DNA of 64,000 bases. Source: a virus (taxonomy: Duplodnaviria; Caudoviricetes). Position 1 is the stretch's first letter. The number at the start of each line of letters is the position of its first letter. Both the position numbers and the translations under genes were made by a program. Below, piece by piece: positions 1 to 10,149 of this stretch. The notes below the pieces were generated by a model. The model did no database searches. It saw only the letters and a program-made list of their open reading frames with translations, and was not told the origin of the DNA. The stretch is taken from IMG/VR virus record IMGVR_UViG_3300021961_000085, positions 1,416 through 65,415 of that record, one strand, 5' to 3'.

Positions 1-168
1 ATGCATTACTCCGTAGGCCAAGAGGTTTACGGAGGGCATGTCATTTGCGATATAGTTGAAGACGAAACCAAGTACAGCATATACATAAAAAAAGACGAAG
101 AGGTTTTACCTTGGAAAGATTTTAATAAAAATATGGCTGTATCAGTTGAGTACAATCTAGAATACTAA
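1..168 (+). CDS. Phage hypothetical protein, probably 5'-truncated by the window edge
   Basis: Open frame MHYSVGQEVYGGH...VEYNLEY*; its TAA overlaps the next ATG (TAATG). Confidence 0.75.
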   Translation: MHYSVGQEVYGGHVICDIVEDETKYSIYIKKDEEVLPWKDFNKNMAVSVEYNLEY

Positions 169-713
169 TGAGAAGTACGTTTTATTATTTAATAAAACCT
201 AAAGGCGAAAGATACAACAACACAAAGAAAATAGGTGATAAGGAGCTGATACTAAACACCGAGATATTTAATCATCAGTATATTAGTAGACAAGCTATAG
301 TCGTTGGACTACCTACGGAATTTGATACACCAATAAAGAAAGGTGACGAAATAATCGTTCACCATAACCTATTTAGAAGATGGCACAATGCTAGAGGCAA
401 AGAGAAAAATAGCACTGGCTATATAAATGAAGATCTTTATAAAGCTAGTGACGATCAAGTTTATGCATACAAAAGAGATGGTGTATGGAAATCTTTACCA
501 GGTTATACATTTGTAAAGCCAGTAGGAGATTTAATAGGAGAAGTTGTTCACTCAGATATTTACAACGAAGGAGATATAGTAGGCTATAGGCCTGTAGGTG
601 AATACGAGTTTACCATAGACGAAGAAAAACTATATAGACTTAAAACAGAATTTATTACAATTAAATATGAATATCAAGGAGAAGAAAAGCAACATAATAG
701 AAGCTGGATATAA
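168..713 (+). CDS. GroES-like (co-chaperonin fold) protein, about twice normal length
   Basis: Two GroES-like beta-rich segments (IKKGDEIIVHH; YNEGDIVGYR...EFTIDEEKLYRL); lies just upstream of packaging genes. Confidence 0.55.
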   Translation: MRSTFYYLIKPKGERYNNTKKIGDKELILNTEIFNHQYISRQAIVVGLPTEFDTPIKKGDEIIVHHNLFRRWHNARGKEKNSTGYINEDLYKASDDQVYAYKRDGVWKSLPGYTFVKPVGDLIGEVVHSDIYNEGDIVGYRPVGEYEFTIDEEKLYRLKTEFITIKYEYQGEEKQHNRSWI

Positions 714-942
714 AGCAGTTGAAGAATTAATTAAAGTTGCTGAAGAAAAGATTATAACTAACACAGAAGACGACGTATCTGCCGATAGATTAAAGAATGC
801 AGCCGCTACAAAGAAATTAGCAATTTTTGACGCATTTGAAATACTAACAAGGATTGAGGAAGAAAAAGCCTTATTAGAAAATAAAACTGTTGAAAAAACT
901 AAAACTGCTTTTACTGGCTTTGCAGAAAGAAAGAGTAGATAA
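667..942 (+). CDS. Small helical protein, candidate terminase small subunit
   Basis: 91 aa, coupled to TerL (TAATG); call based on position only. Confidence 0.4.
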   Translation: MNIKEKKSNIIEAGYKAVEELIKVAEEKIITNTEDDVSADRLKNAAATKKLAIFDAFEILTRIEEEKALLENKTVEKTKTAFTGFAERKSR

Positions 943-3155
943 TGTACGAGCAAAGTTTAGTTAAAACCATAGAGCCAATACGTATAAACACGCTCAAAAG
1001 ACTTAATAAGTCTAAAAGTTGGGAGTATGGTTATAATAAAGAGCACGACATTGTTGTTATAAGTAAAACTGGTCAGATAGGTGAAGTAATAGAAATACAA
1101 AATCTAAAGATCGCATTGCCACCAGTGCCTAAGGAGGTTAAACGCTGGGATAATAACAAATGGAACGTAGAGGATCTTCCTAAAGACTTAGCAAATATTA
1201 AGACTATATTTGACTGGAGAAACCTGCCTGATAATTTCAAAGAACAATGGGTTGATTATATTGAAGGCGAGTTTAGAAAAAGAGAGGAAGGCTTTTGGTT
1301 TTACAATAATAGCAAGCCAACGTATATAACAGGTAGCCACTATATGTATTTGCAGTGGTCCAAAATTGACGTAGGCAAGCCAGATTATAGAGAAGCAAAT
1401 AGATTGTTCTTTATCTTTTGGGAAGCATGTAAAGCTGATAACAGATCTTATGGTATGTGCTATCTTAAGAATCGACGCTCAGGATTTTCGTTCATGGCTT
1501 CCAGTGAAACAGTTAGTTTAGCTACAATAACATCAGACTCTAGATATGGCATACTGTCTAAGTCTGGTAGTGACGCTAAAAAGATGTTCACCGACAAGGT
1601 AGTTCCAATATCAATTAACTACCCTTTCTTCTTTAAACCGATACAAGATGGTATGGATAGGCCAAAGACAGAATTAGCTTATCGTGTGCCAGCAAGTAAA
1701 ATAACTAGAAAAAGAATGTCATCATCTGAGCAGCTCGAAGAGATGCAAGGACTTGACACAACAATAGACTGGAAAAACACAGGTGATAACTCGTATGACG
1801 GTGAAAAGCTTTCACTATTAATTCATGATGAGGCCGGTAAGTGGGAGAAACCAGAAAACATATTGAATAACTGGAGGGTAACAAAAACAACCCTCAGGCT
1901 TGGTAGCAGAGTAGTAGGTAAGTGCATGATGGGTTCAACATCAAACGCTTTAGATAAAGGAGGATCAAACTTCAAAAAGCTCTACAACGAATCAGACGTT
2001 ACCAAGAGAAATAAAAATGGACAAACAAGCTCAGGCTTGTATTCTTTGTTTATACCAATGGAGTGGAACTATGAAGGTTTCATGGACGAATATGGTTATC
2101 CTGTATTTGACACTCCAGATAAACCAGTCAAAGCACCAGATGGTGGAGAGATAGAGGTTGGAGTTATTGAGCATTGGGTTAATGAGGCCGATGGTTTAAG
2201 AAATGATCCAGATTCATTAAATGAATTTTACAGACAGTTTCCTAGATCAGAAGAGCATGCATTTAGAGATGAAACAAAGAACAGTATATTTAACTTAACT
2301 AAAATATACGAACAGATAGATTACAACGAGGAGATGGCAAGACCTATTAAAGGTAACTTTCAATGGGTTAATGGCGTAAAAGATACAAAAGTATTATTTG
2401 TGCCTGATAATAGTAGTGGACGATTTAACGTATCATGGGTGCCGAGCGTGCACTTGCAAAACAAAATGATTACGAAAAATGGTTTAAAATATCCTAGCAA
2501 CGAACATATAGGAGCTTTTGGATGTGACTCATACGATATATCAGGAACAGTAGATGGTAGAGGTTCTAAAGGCGCGTTGCACGGTCTTACTAAGTTTAGT
2601 ATGGAAGATGCACCGCCAAATACATTCTTTTTAGAATATATAGCTAGACCTCAAACATCAGAGATATTCTTTGAAGACGTATTAATGGCATTAGTGTTTT
2701 ACGGCATGCCACTATTAGCAGAGAATAATAAACCAAGATTATTGTACTATTTAAAGAGAAGAGGATATAGAGGCTACTCAATGAATAGGCCAGATAAGAC
2801 TTGGAACAAACTTTCAGTTGCAGAAAAAGAAATTGGTGGTATACCAAACTCAAGTGAGGATATTAAGCAAGCTCACGCATCAGCAATTGAAAGCTATATC
2901 ACTAGCTACGTAGGTTTACAAGAAAATGGAGACTACGGCAATATAAGTTTTAATAGAACGCTAAATGATTGGGCTAGATTTGACATAAACAAAAGAACGC
3001 AGTTTGACGCTACTATTAGCTCAGGACTTGCGATCATGGCTTGCAATAGGCACATGTATGAGCCGAAGGCACAAAAGACAACTACAACTTTAAATTTTGG
3101 ATTTACTAAATACAATAACAAAGGAACACTATCAAAAATAATTGACAATGATTAA
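942..3155 (+). CDS. terL: Terminase large subunit
   Basis: Walker A-like LKNRRSGFS, Walker B LLIHDEAGK, motif III GSTS, nuclease GCDSYD...FDATISSGLA; precedes portal. Confidence 0.9.
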   Translation: MYEQSLVKTIEPIRINTLKRLNKSKSWEYGYNKEHDIVVISKTGQIGEVIEIQNLKIALPPVPKEVKRWDNNKWNVEDLPKDLANIKTIFDWRNLPDNFKEQWVDYIEGEFRKREEGFWFYNNSKPTYITGSHYMYLQWSKIDVGKPDYREANRLFFIFWEACKADNRSYGMCYLKNRRSGFSFMASSETVSLATITSDSRYGILSKSGSDAKKMFTDKVVPISINYPFFFKPIQDGMDRPKTELAYRVPASKITRKRMSSSEQLEEMQGLDTTIDWKNTGDNSYDGEKLSLLIHDEAGKWEKPENILNNWRVTKTTLRLGSRVVGKCMMGSTSNALDKGGSNFKKLYNESDVTKRNKNGQTSSGLYSLFIPMEWNYEGFMDEYGYPVFDTPDKPVKAPDGGEIEVGVIEHWVNEADGLRNDPDSLNEFYRQFPRSEEHAFRDETKNSIFNLTKIYEQIDYNEEMARPIKGNFQWVNGVKDTKVLFVPDNSSGRFNVSWVPSVHLQNKMITKNGLKYPSNEHIGAFGCDSYDISGTVDGRGSKGALHGLTKFSMEDAPPNTFFLEYIARPQTSEIFFEDVLMALVFYGMPLLAENNKPRLLYYLKRRGYRGYSMNRPDKTWNKLSVAEKEIGGIPNSSEDIKQAHASAIESYITSYVGLQENGDYGNISFNRTLNDWARFDINKRTQFDATISSGLAIMACNRHMYEPKAQKTTTTLNFGFTKYNNKGTLSKIIDND

Positions 3156-5565
3156 AACTAAAACTAAATCCGTTTTTCCTAGTCAGGCAGTGCCTGATGA
3201 AGAGAAGTCAAGCTTAGACTACGGACTTCAGGTTGCTAAAGCAATCGAGGCGGAGTGGTTAAATAGAGATGGTGGTACTTCTAGATATTACGACGCTAAG
3301 AATAGATTTCACGAGCTCAGGTTATATGCTAGGGGCGAACAATCTATACAAAAGTATAAAGATGAATTATCTATAAATGGTGACTTGTCTTATTTAAACT
3401 TAGACTGGAAACCAGTACCTATTATTCCTAAATTTGTAGATATTGTAGTTAATGGTATTTCAGAAAGACTATACAAAGTAAAAGCTTTTTCTCAAGATCC
3501 GGGTTCTATAAAGAAAAGAACAGACTACGTTGAGGCAATGCTTGAGGATATGCAGTTTAAGACATTTAAACAAACTGTACAACAAGAGGTTGGTGTTAAT
3601 ACATTTAATAACGATCCTGACAAACTGCCTCAAGATGAAGACGAGCTTTCTGTGCACATGCAACTAGAGTATAAGCAAGGTATAGAGATAGCTCAGGAAG
3701 AGGCATTAGATAATATATTTAACTTAAATAAATATAGTTTAATAAAGAAAAGATTAGATTATGACTTAACAGTCCTTGGTATTGCTTGCGTGAAAAACGG
3801 ATTTAATACTGCTGAAGGAATTACAATCGAATATGTTGATCCTTCTAATATTGTATATTCGTATAGCGAATCTCCTTATTTTGATGACATGTACTATGTA
3901 GGAGAAGTAAGAAGAATAACTGTTACACAGCTAAAGAAGCAATTTCCTGATTTGACGATAGAGCAAATAGAAGAAATAGAAAGCAAGTATGAGTCTTCCA
4001 ATAATGATAGATTTAATTATTATCCAGAGCATCGCCAAGATAAAGATTACGTAAATGTTTTGTTTTTCGAATATAAAACGTTTAACAATCAAGTATATAA
4101 AATTAAAGAAACTGCCACTGGAGCCGAGAAGGTTATACAAAAGGCAGATACGTTTAATCCACCAAAAGATCAAAGATCTAGATTCGATAGAGTATCAAGA
4201 TCTATTGAAGTGTTATACAGTGGTGCTAAATTATTAGGGCACGACATAATGTTGGATTGGAGATTAAACGAGAATATGACTAGACCAAAGTCTGACATTA
4301 CTAAAGTAGCTATGAGCTACAGTATAGTAGCTCCGAGAATATATAAAGGAAGACCTGAGTCACTCGTTAGCAGAATGATGACATTTGCTGACATGATTCA
4401 ATTAACGCATTTAAAGCTACAACAGGTAATGTCTCGCATGGTACCAGACGGAGTTTATTTAGACGCCGACGGTATTGCTGAAATAGATCTAGGTAATGGA
4501 ACAAACTACAATCCGCAAGAAGCATTAAACATGTACTTCCAAACTGGTAGCATCATTGGTAGATCAATGACTCAGGACGGAGATTTTAACAATGCTCGTA
4601 TACCTATTCAAGAGCTACAGACAAGCGGAGGTAATGCCAAAATCAGTGCGTTGATTAACTCTTATAACTACTATCTACAGATGATAAGAGATGTGACAGG
4701 ACTGAACGAAGCAAGAGATGGTAGCAAGCCAAATGAGACATCGTTGGTAGGACTACAAAAGCTAGCTGCTGCAAATTCAAACGTAGCTACAAAGCATATC
4801 CAAGATGGCGGCTTGTACTTGACATTGAAAACTGCAGAAGCTTGCTCGCTTAGAATATCTGACGTTTTAGAATTCTCAAACTCTCAAAATCAATTTATAC
4901 AATCTTTAGGTAGATTTAACGTTGGAACGCTTACTGAAGTTGCACAACTACACCTACACGACTTTGGCATATTCTTAGAGATAGAACCAGACGAAGAAGA
5001 TAGAAGTAGATTAGAGAACAACATACAAATGGCGCTGCAACAGCAAGCAATAAATCTTGAAGACGCTATTGATATTAGGGAGGTTAGAAATACTAAGCTA
5101 GCTAATCAAGTACTTAAAGTGCGCAAAATCAAGAAGTTAGCGCTTGATCAGCAGATGAAAGAAAGAAACATTCAAATGCAAGCTCAAGCAAATCAACAGT
5201 CTTCAAGAGTAGCAGCAGAAGCAGAAATGCAGAAACAACAAGCACTAGCATCTACTGAAGTTCAGATTGAAGAAGCAAAAGCTCAGTTTGAAATAATGAA
5301 GATGGAAAGACAAGCAGCAATTAAGTTTGATTTGATGGAAAAAGAATTTGCATTAAACATGCAACTTAAAGATGCGGAAAGTCGAGTGATTAATGATAAA
5401 GAGAAATACAAAGAAGATCGCAAAGATGAAAGAACAAAAATTCAAGCATCTCAGCAGTCTGAATTAATAGAACAAAGAAAAAATAATCTACCGCCAAAAA
5501 AGTTTGAGTCAGCAGGATTTGACAATTTAGGTGGATTTGACTTGGAACAATTTGAACCAAGATAA
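3142..5565 (+). CDS. Portal protein
   Basis: 807 aa directly after TerL; PVPIIPKFVDIVVN and IRDVTGLNEARDG segments; Q-rich coiled-coil C-terminus typical of podovirus portals. Confidence 0.85.
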   Translation: MTMIKTKTKSVFPSQAVPDEEKSSLDYGLQVAKAIEAEWLNRDGGTSRYYDAKNRFHELRLYARGEQSIQKYKDELSINGDLSYLNLDWKPVPIIPKFVDIVVNGISERLYKVKAFSQDPGSIKKRTDYVEAMLEDMQFKTFKQTVQQEVGVNTFNNDPDKLPQDEDELSVHMQLEYKQGIEIAQEEALDNIFNLNKYSLIKKRLDYDLTVLGIACVKNGFNTAEGITIEYVDPSNIVYSYSESPYFDDMYYVGEVRRITVTQLKKQFPDLTIEQIEEIESKYESSNNDRFNYYPEHRQDKDYVNVLFFEYKTFNNQVYKIKETATGAEKVIQKADTFNPPKDQRSRFDRVSRSIEVLYSGAKLLGHDIMLDWRLNENMTRPKSDITKVAMSYSIVAPRIYKGRPESLVSRMMTFADMIQLTHLKLQQVMSRMVPDGVYLDADGIAEIDLGNGTNYNPQEALNMYFQTGSIIGRSMTQDGDFNNARIPIQELQTSGGNAKISALINSYNYYLQMIRDVTGLNEARDGSKPNETSLVGLQKLAAANSNVATKHIQDGGLYLTLKTAEACSLRISDVLEFSNSQNQFIQSLGRFNVGTLTEVAQLHLHDFGIFLEIEPDEEDRSRLENNIQMALQQQAINLEDAIDIREVRNTKLANQVLKVRKIKKLALDQQMKERNIQMQAQANQQSSRVAAEAEMQKQQALASTEVQIEEAKAQFEIMKMERQAAIKFDLMEKEFALNMQLKDAESRVINDKEKYKEDRKDERTKIQASQQSELIEQRKNNLPPKKFESAGFDNLGGFDLEQFEPR

Positions 5566-5597
5566 TTTTTAAACAATCATTTTTATAGTATTTTATT

Positions 5598-6743
5598 ATG
5601 GAAGAAAACATAGAAGAACAAGTTGTTGATAACCAAGAGTTAACAAACGAAGTTCAAGAAGAACAACCAAAAACAACGCAGGTTTTAGAAGATGGTACTT
5701 ATAGAGTAGATCTATCTATAGCAAGCGAAGAGCCGACTGAGGCAGTACAACCAGAACCAGAAGTTGAAGCAGTTCAAGAGCAACCAGAAGAACAGGATGT
5801 TCCTGTCGTTGAGGAAGTTATTGACGAGCCTGAGACTGAAGTTCAAGTAGAGCAAACAATCGAAGAACCTCAACGTGAAGAGGTTATTGAAACATCTAGC
5901 CAGCCACAATTAAGCGTGCCAGAGGGAATTCAAAAGTTAATTGACTTTATGGATGAGACTGGTGGAACTATTGAGGACTACGCTAGATTAAATGCTGATT
6001 ACAGTGGAGTAGACGATAAAGCTTTACTAGCAGAGTACTACAAGTCGACTAAGCCTCACTTAACCCGTGACGAAATCGATTTTATTATTGAAGATAAATT
6101 TCAATACGATGAAGACATGGATGACGAGAGGGATATAAGAAGAAAGCAACTCGCTTACAAAGAAGAAATCGCACACGCTAAAAGCCACTTAGAGGGCATG
6201 AAGTCTAAGTACTACCAGGAACTTAAGTTAGGTTCTAAGTTAACTAAAGACCAACAACAAGCTATCGAATTCTTTAATAGATATAACGAGGAGCAAAAAC
6301 AGGTAGAAGAACTAACTACCAAGCAGCAGCAACACTTCAACGAACAAACGAACAAAGTGTTTAACCAAGATTTCAAAGGTTTTGATTTTAAAGTTGGTGA
6401 CAGAAAATTTCGTTATAATGTTAAAGATGTAGCTGAGACAAAAGAAGCTCAAAGCAACGTATTCAACGCTTTTAGTAAGTATGTTGACAATAACAATTTG
6501 TTAAGCGATGCTAAAGGCTATCATAAGTCTCTATATGCTGCAAGAAACCCAGATGCTCTAGCGAATCATTTTTATGAGCAAGGCAAAGCCGATGCAATAA
6601 AAGAAATGACATCACAGGCCAAGAATATTAATGTCGACAATAGAAAAACAACTGACGGATTTATTCAAGCTGGTGGTGCTAAGGTTAGAGTAGTTAGTGG
6701 TGAAAATAGTTCAAGCACAAAATTAAGATTAAAAAACTATTAA
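5598..6743 (+). CDS. Capsid scaffolding protein
   Basis: Very acidic disordered N-terminus plus coiled coil; between portal and capsid genes. Confidence 0.7.
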   Translation: MEENIEEQVVDNQELTNEVQEEQPKTTQVLEDGTYRVDLSIASEEPTEAVQPEPEVEAVQEQPEEQDVPVVEEVIDEPETEVQVEQTIEEPQREEVIETSSQPQLSVPEGIQKLIDFMDETGGTIEDYARLNADYSGVDDKALLAEYYKSTKPHLTRDEIDFIIEDKFQYDEDMDDERDIRRKQLAYKEEIAHAKSHLEGMKSKYYQELKLGSKLTKDQQQAIEFFNRYNEEQKQVEELTTKQQQHFNEQTNKVFNQDFKGFDFKVGDRKFRYNVKDVAETKEAQSNVFNAFSKYVDNNNLLSDAKGYHKSLYAARNPDALANHFYEQGKADAIKEMTSQAKNINVDNRKTTDGFIQAGGAKVRVVSGENSSSTKLRLKNY

Positions 6744-6761
6744 AACTAAAAACAAAAAATT

Positions 6762-8225
6762 ATGGCAACTAATGTAAGTTTTGCAGGACCAGCAGCCGCT
6801 GGCGTAGTAAGCCCTGCATACAAAAAAATGACCCTAGCGTCTAACTATTTAGACTTTACTTCTAGTGATGTCTTTGGAGACAGCACAAGCGTATCTGGCT
6901 GGGCGCAGCAATATCTACCAGATCTTTATGCTGAAGAGGTAGATCGTTACGGAAATAGAACCATCTCTGGGTTCTTGGCAATGTTAAGCGCAGAAATGCC
7001 TTTGCAGTCTGATCAAGTTATTTGGTCTGAGCAAGGCCGCTTGCACTTAGCTTATACTGCAACAGTAGCTACTGCTACCGGTGCGGTTAGTGCGTGTAAG
7101 AATATAGATACTGCAGCTTCTGAAACGCACGCAGTACGTGTTGGAGCAACAGTAGTATGTGAAGTTAGTGGAACAGCAGCTTCTACACCAGTTGTATTTA
7201 AAGGTTTAGTAACTGTGGCTGACTCTTCAGCTAATACTCTTACTATTCGTCCTTATGGCGCTGAGCACATGGACGATCTTACTGGTGTTTCTGCCGTGAC
7301 TGATGGTACTATTAAGTTCTTCGTATATGGTTCTGAATTTGGAAAAGGAACTGACACTATGGCTGAATCAATTGAGCCTAGCTTCAAGACTTTTACAAAT
7401 CGCCCAATGATAATTAAAGATCACTTCCAAGTTAACGGTTCTGACACTGCTCAGATTGGATGGGTTGAAGTAGCTGGTGAGTCTGGTAACGGTGGTTACT
7501 TATGGTATTTGAAGGCTGCTGGCGATACTCGCACTCGCTTCAATGATTACTTAGAAATGACTATGGTTGAAGCTGAAGAAGCTGCTGCGTCTTCAGGAGT
7601 TGGAGTTGCAGGAACTGAAGGTTTATTCTCTGCAATTGAGAACCGTGGTATCGTGGCTACTAATTTATTAGATACTGCTACTCCTATAGCAGATCAATTA
7701 GATGAATTTGATTCATTATTATCTGAATTAGATAAGCAAGGTGCTATTGAAGAAAATATGCTTTTCTTGAACAGAACAGCTAATCTTCAATTCGACGACA
7801 TGCTTGCTGGTGTTTCTTTAGGATCTCAAGGTGGTACTGCTTATGGAGTATTTGAAAACTCTGAAGATATGGCCTTGAACTTAGGATTCAGTGGTTTCCG
7901 TCGTGGTTCTTACGACTTCTACAAGACTGATTGGAAGTATTTGAACGATGCGTCTACTCGTGGACTTACTGGAGGTATTGATGGTGTATTAGTTCCTGCT
8001 GGTACTTCTTCAGTTTATGATCAAATGGTTGGAGCTAATGTTCGTCGTCCATTCTTGCACGTACGTTATAGAGCTTCTCAAGCTGACGATCGCAAGCTTA
8101 AATCTTGGGTTACTGGTTCAGTTGGAGGTGCAATGTCATCTGGTATAGATAAAATGGAAATCCATTACTTATCTGAAAGATGTCTAGTAGTTCAAGCTGC
8201 TAATAACTTCGTATTACTTAAGTAA
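6762..8225 (+). CDS. Major capsid protein
   Basis: 487 aa after the scaffold, strongly biased codon usage, followed by a strong hairpin. Confidence 0.85.
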   Translation: MATNVSFAGPAAAGVVSPAYKKMTLASNYLDFTSSDVFGDSTSVSGWAQQYLPDLYAEEVDRYGNRTISGFLAMLSAEMPLQSDQVIWSEQGRLHLAYTATVATATGAVSACKNIDTAASETHAVRVGATVVCEVSGTAASTPVVFKGLVTVADSSANTLTIRPYGAEHMDDLTGVSAVTDGTIKFFVYGSEFGKGTDTMAESIEPSFKTFTNRPMIIKDHFQVNGSDTAQIGWVEVAGESGNGGYLWYLKAAGDTRTRFNDYLEMTMVEAEEAAASSGVGVAGTEGLFSAIENRGIVATNLLDTATPIADQLDEFDSLLSELDKQGAIEENMLFLNRTANLQFDDMLAGVSLGSQGGTAYGVFENSEDMALNLGFSGFRRGSYDFYKTDWKYLNDASTRGLTGGIDGVLVPAGTSSVYDQMVGANVRRPFLHVRYRASQADDRKLKSWVTGSVGGAMSSGIDKMEIHYLSERCLVVQAANNFVLLK

Positions 8226-8242
8226 TGCAATAGTAAAGATAA

Positions 8243-8268
8243 AGGCGCCTTCGGGCGCCTACGTCTTT
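8243..8268 (+). terminator. Intrinsic terminator / stabilising hairpin after the capsid gene
   Basis: AGGCGCC-TTCG-GGCGCCT stem with UUCG tetraloop, then GTCTTT. Confidence 0.75.
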
Positions 8269-8297
8269 ATAATTTTAAATTATTATTATATATTATT

Positions 8298-9047
8298 ATG
8301 AAACAAACACAAAAAAAATCCACAAATACGTGGCAAGCAAAAGATAGATTGTATGAATTAGTTGGTAATAAAATACCACCTGTATACATATTGAAATCTA
8401 GAGGCCTGTACTGGTTTGACGAAGAACTAGGCATGGAAAGAGAAATAAAATATTGTAGAAACCAACAAACGGTATTCGTAGATGAAATGAAAGGCCCTCA
8501 AAGAATGGGGCACATAGTATTTAGAAATGGAAAATTGTTTGTTGGAAAAGAGCAAGCAATACTTCAAAGGTTTTTATCTATTTATCATCCAAGCAATAAC
8601 TCAGCATACAAAGAGCATAACGCTGAACAAATCGCGGAACAAGATATTGATATTTTAGAATTTAGACTAGACGCAATGAATGCTGCTAAGAACTTAGAAG
8701 TAGACAGAGCTGAAGCAATATTAAGAACAGAGCTTGGTAATGCTGTGTCTAAGATGACTTCTAAAGAACTTAAACGCGATGTATTATTATTTGCTCAAAA
8801 CAATCCTGTTTTATTCTTAGAGCTTGTTAATGACGAAAACATTAACATTAGAAATGTAGGAATCAAAGCAGTTGAAGCAGGCATTATTAAATTGTCTGAA
8901 GATCAAAGAACATTTAAATGGGGAAGCACTGACAGAAAGTTAATGACAGTACCATTCGATGAAAACCCTTATTCGGCACTCGCCGCATATTTCAAAACTG
9001 ATGACGGTATCGAAGTATACCAAACAGTTGAGAAAAAACTAAAATAA
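8298..9047 (+). CDS. Conserved phage protein of the head module, function unknown
   Basis: 249 aa ORF with A-rich leader, after the capsid gene. Confidence 0.6.
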   Translation: MKQTQKKSTNTWQAKDRLYELVGNKIPPVYILKSRGLYWFDEELGMEREIKYCRNQQTVFVDEMKGPQRMGHIVFRNGKLFVGKEQAILQRFLSIYHPSNNSAYKEHNAEQIAEQDIDILEFRLDAMNAAKNLEVDRAEAILRTELGNAVSKMTSKELKRDVLLFAQNNPVLFLELVNDENINIRNVGIKAVEAGIIKLSEDQRTFKWGSTDRKLMTVPFDENPYSALAAYFKTDDGIEVYQTVEKKLK

Positions 9048-9051
9048 CAGA

Positions 9052-9088
9052 TATAGTCAAGGGCGGGGCAACCCGCTCTTAGGCTATA
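9052..9088 (+). terminator. Extended hairpin (terminator or RNA processing site)
   Basis: TATAGTC-AA-GGGCGGG-GCAA-CCCGCTC-TTA-GGCTATA; GNRA loop; weak U tract. Confidence 0.55.
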
Positions 9089-9102
9089 ATTAAAAAGAAA
9101 TT

Positions 9103-10143
9103 ATGGCTATCAACGTAAATAAAGTTTATAAATCAGTCCTATCTATACTTAATAAAGAACAGAGAGGTTATTTAACGCCTTATGAGTTTAACAACTTGGC
9201 TAGGCAAGCTCAATTAGAAATGCTTGATGGATTATTCTATCAGTATAATCAGTTTTTAAACATTGAAAATTTTAATAGAACAAACGAAGGTTACGCTGAT
9301 TTAGCCGAAAAAATCCACGAGCAAATTGACGTGCACTATAAAGATCACGCATTTGTTGTTTCAAGTGATTACAATACTACGACGGGAGTTGCTAACTTAC
9401 CGTCTGATGTTTATAAAGTATTAGACATAACATCTAAGTCAAAGAGCATACAGTTAGAAAAGGTTAATAAAAATAGAATACCTTATTTAACATCTTCAAA
9501 GCTAACTGCTCCAAGCTCTACATTTCCTATTTATTACGAAACTGGTGCATCAGGTTCTGTTGCTTCAACTATTGTTACTAATCCAGCGAATCTGAGTGGA
9601 CTAGAAATATCTTATGTTGCTAAGCCTGAAGACCCAAGGTTTGGTTACACTGTAGACACTAACTATGGTGTAGAAATATATGACGCTAGTCCATATGTCG
9701 AAGGTGGTATCATACTAGGTTCTAAGAACATTAGTATAGTTAGCACTAATGTTACTAACCTAGAACATGGCACGTACAGTAGATCTTCTGGTGGAGCTAC
9801 ATTTAGTATAACCGTACAAGAGCTTAGTAGTGCCGCTGATCAAACAGTGTCTAGTGTATCGGTGACATCTGCAGGTAGTGGGTTTGAAGTGGGAGACACT
9901 ATCGATTTTAACATACCTGATAATAGCGCCGTAGATCAAACAATAACTCTAACACTCAGAGTGCAAGATTTATATGCGTCTACAAATCAAGGTTCAACCA
10001 ACTTTACTCTACATCCTTCATTAGAACACGAATTGATATTGACTATACTAGGTTACGCTGGATTGATCATTAAAGATCCATCGGTTGTATCTGGAGTTAC
10101 ACAAATAGCATCAGCTAATGCAATGAATAAAAAACAACAATAA
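9103..10143 (+). CDS. Head-tail adaptor / tail ring protein
   Basis: Position; NKEQRGYLTP N-terminus and FTLHPSLEHEL C-terminus enclose a beta-rich insert. Confidence 0.55.
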   Translation: MAINVNKVYKSVLSILNKEQRGYLTPYEFNNLARQAQLEMLDGLFYQYNQFLNIENFNRTNEGYADLAEKIHEQIDVHYKDHAFVVSSDYNTTTGVANLPSDVYKVLDITSKSKSIQLEKVNKNRIPYLTSSKLTAPSSTFPIYYETGASGSVASTIVTNPANLSGLEISYVAKPEDPRFGYTVDTNYGVEIYDASPYVEGGIILGSKNISIVSTNVTNLEHGTYSRSSGGATFSITVQELSSAADQTVSSVSVTSAGSGFEVGDTIDFNIPDNSAVDQTITLTLRVQDLYASTNQGSTNFTLHPSLEHELILTILGYAGLIIKDPSVVSGVTQIASANAMNKKQQ

Positions 10144-10149
10144 TAAAAC

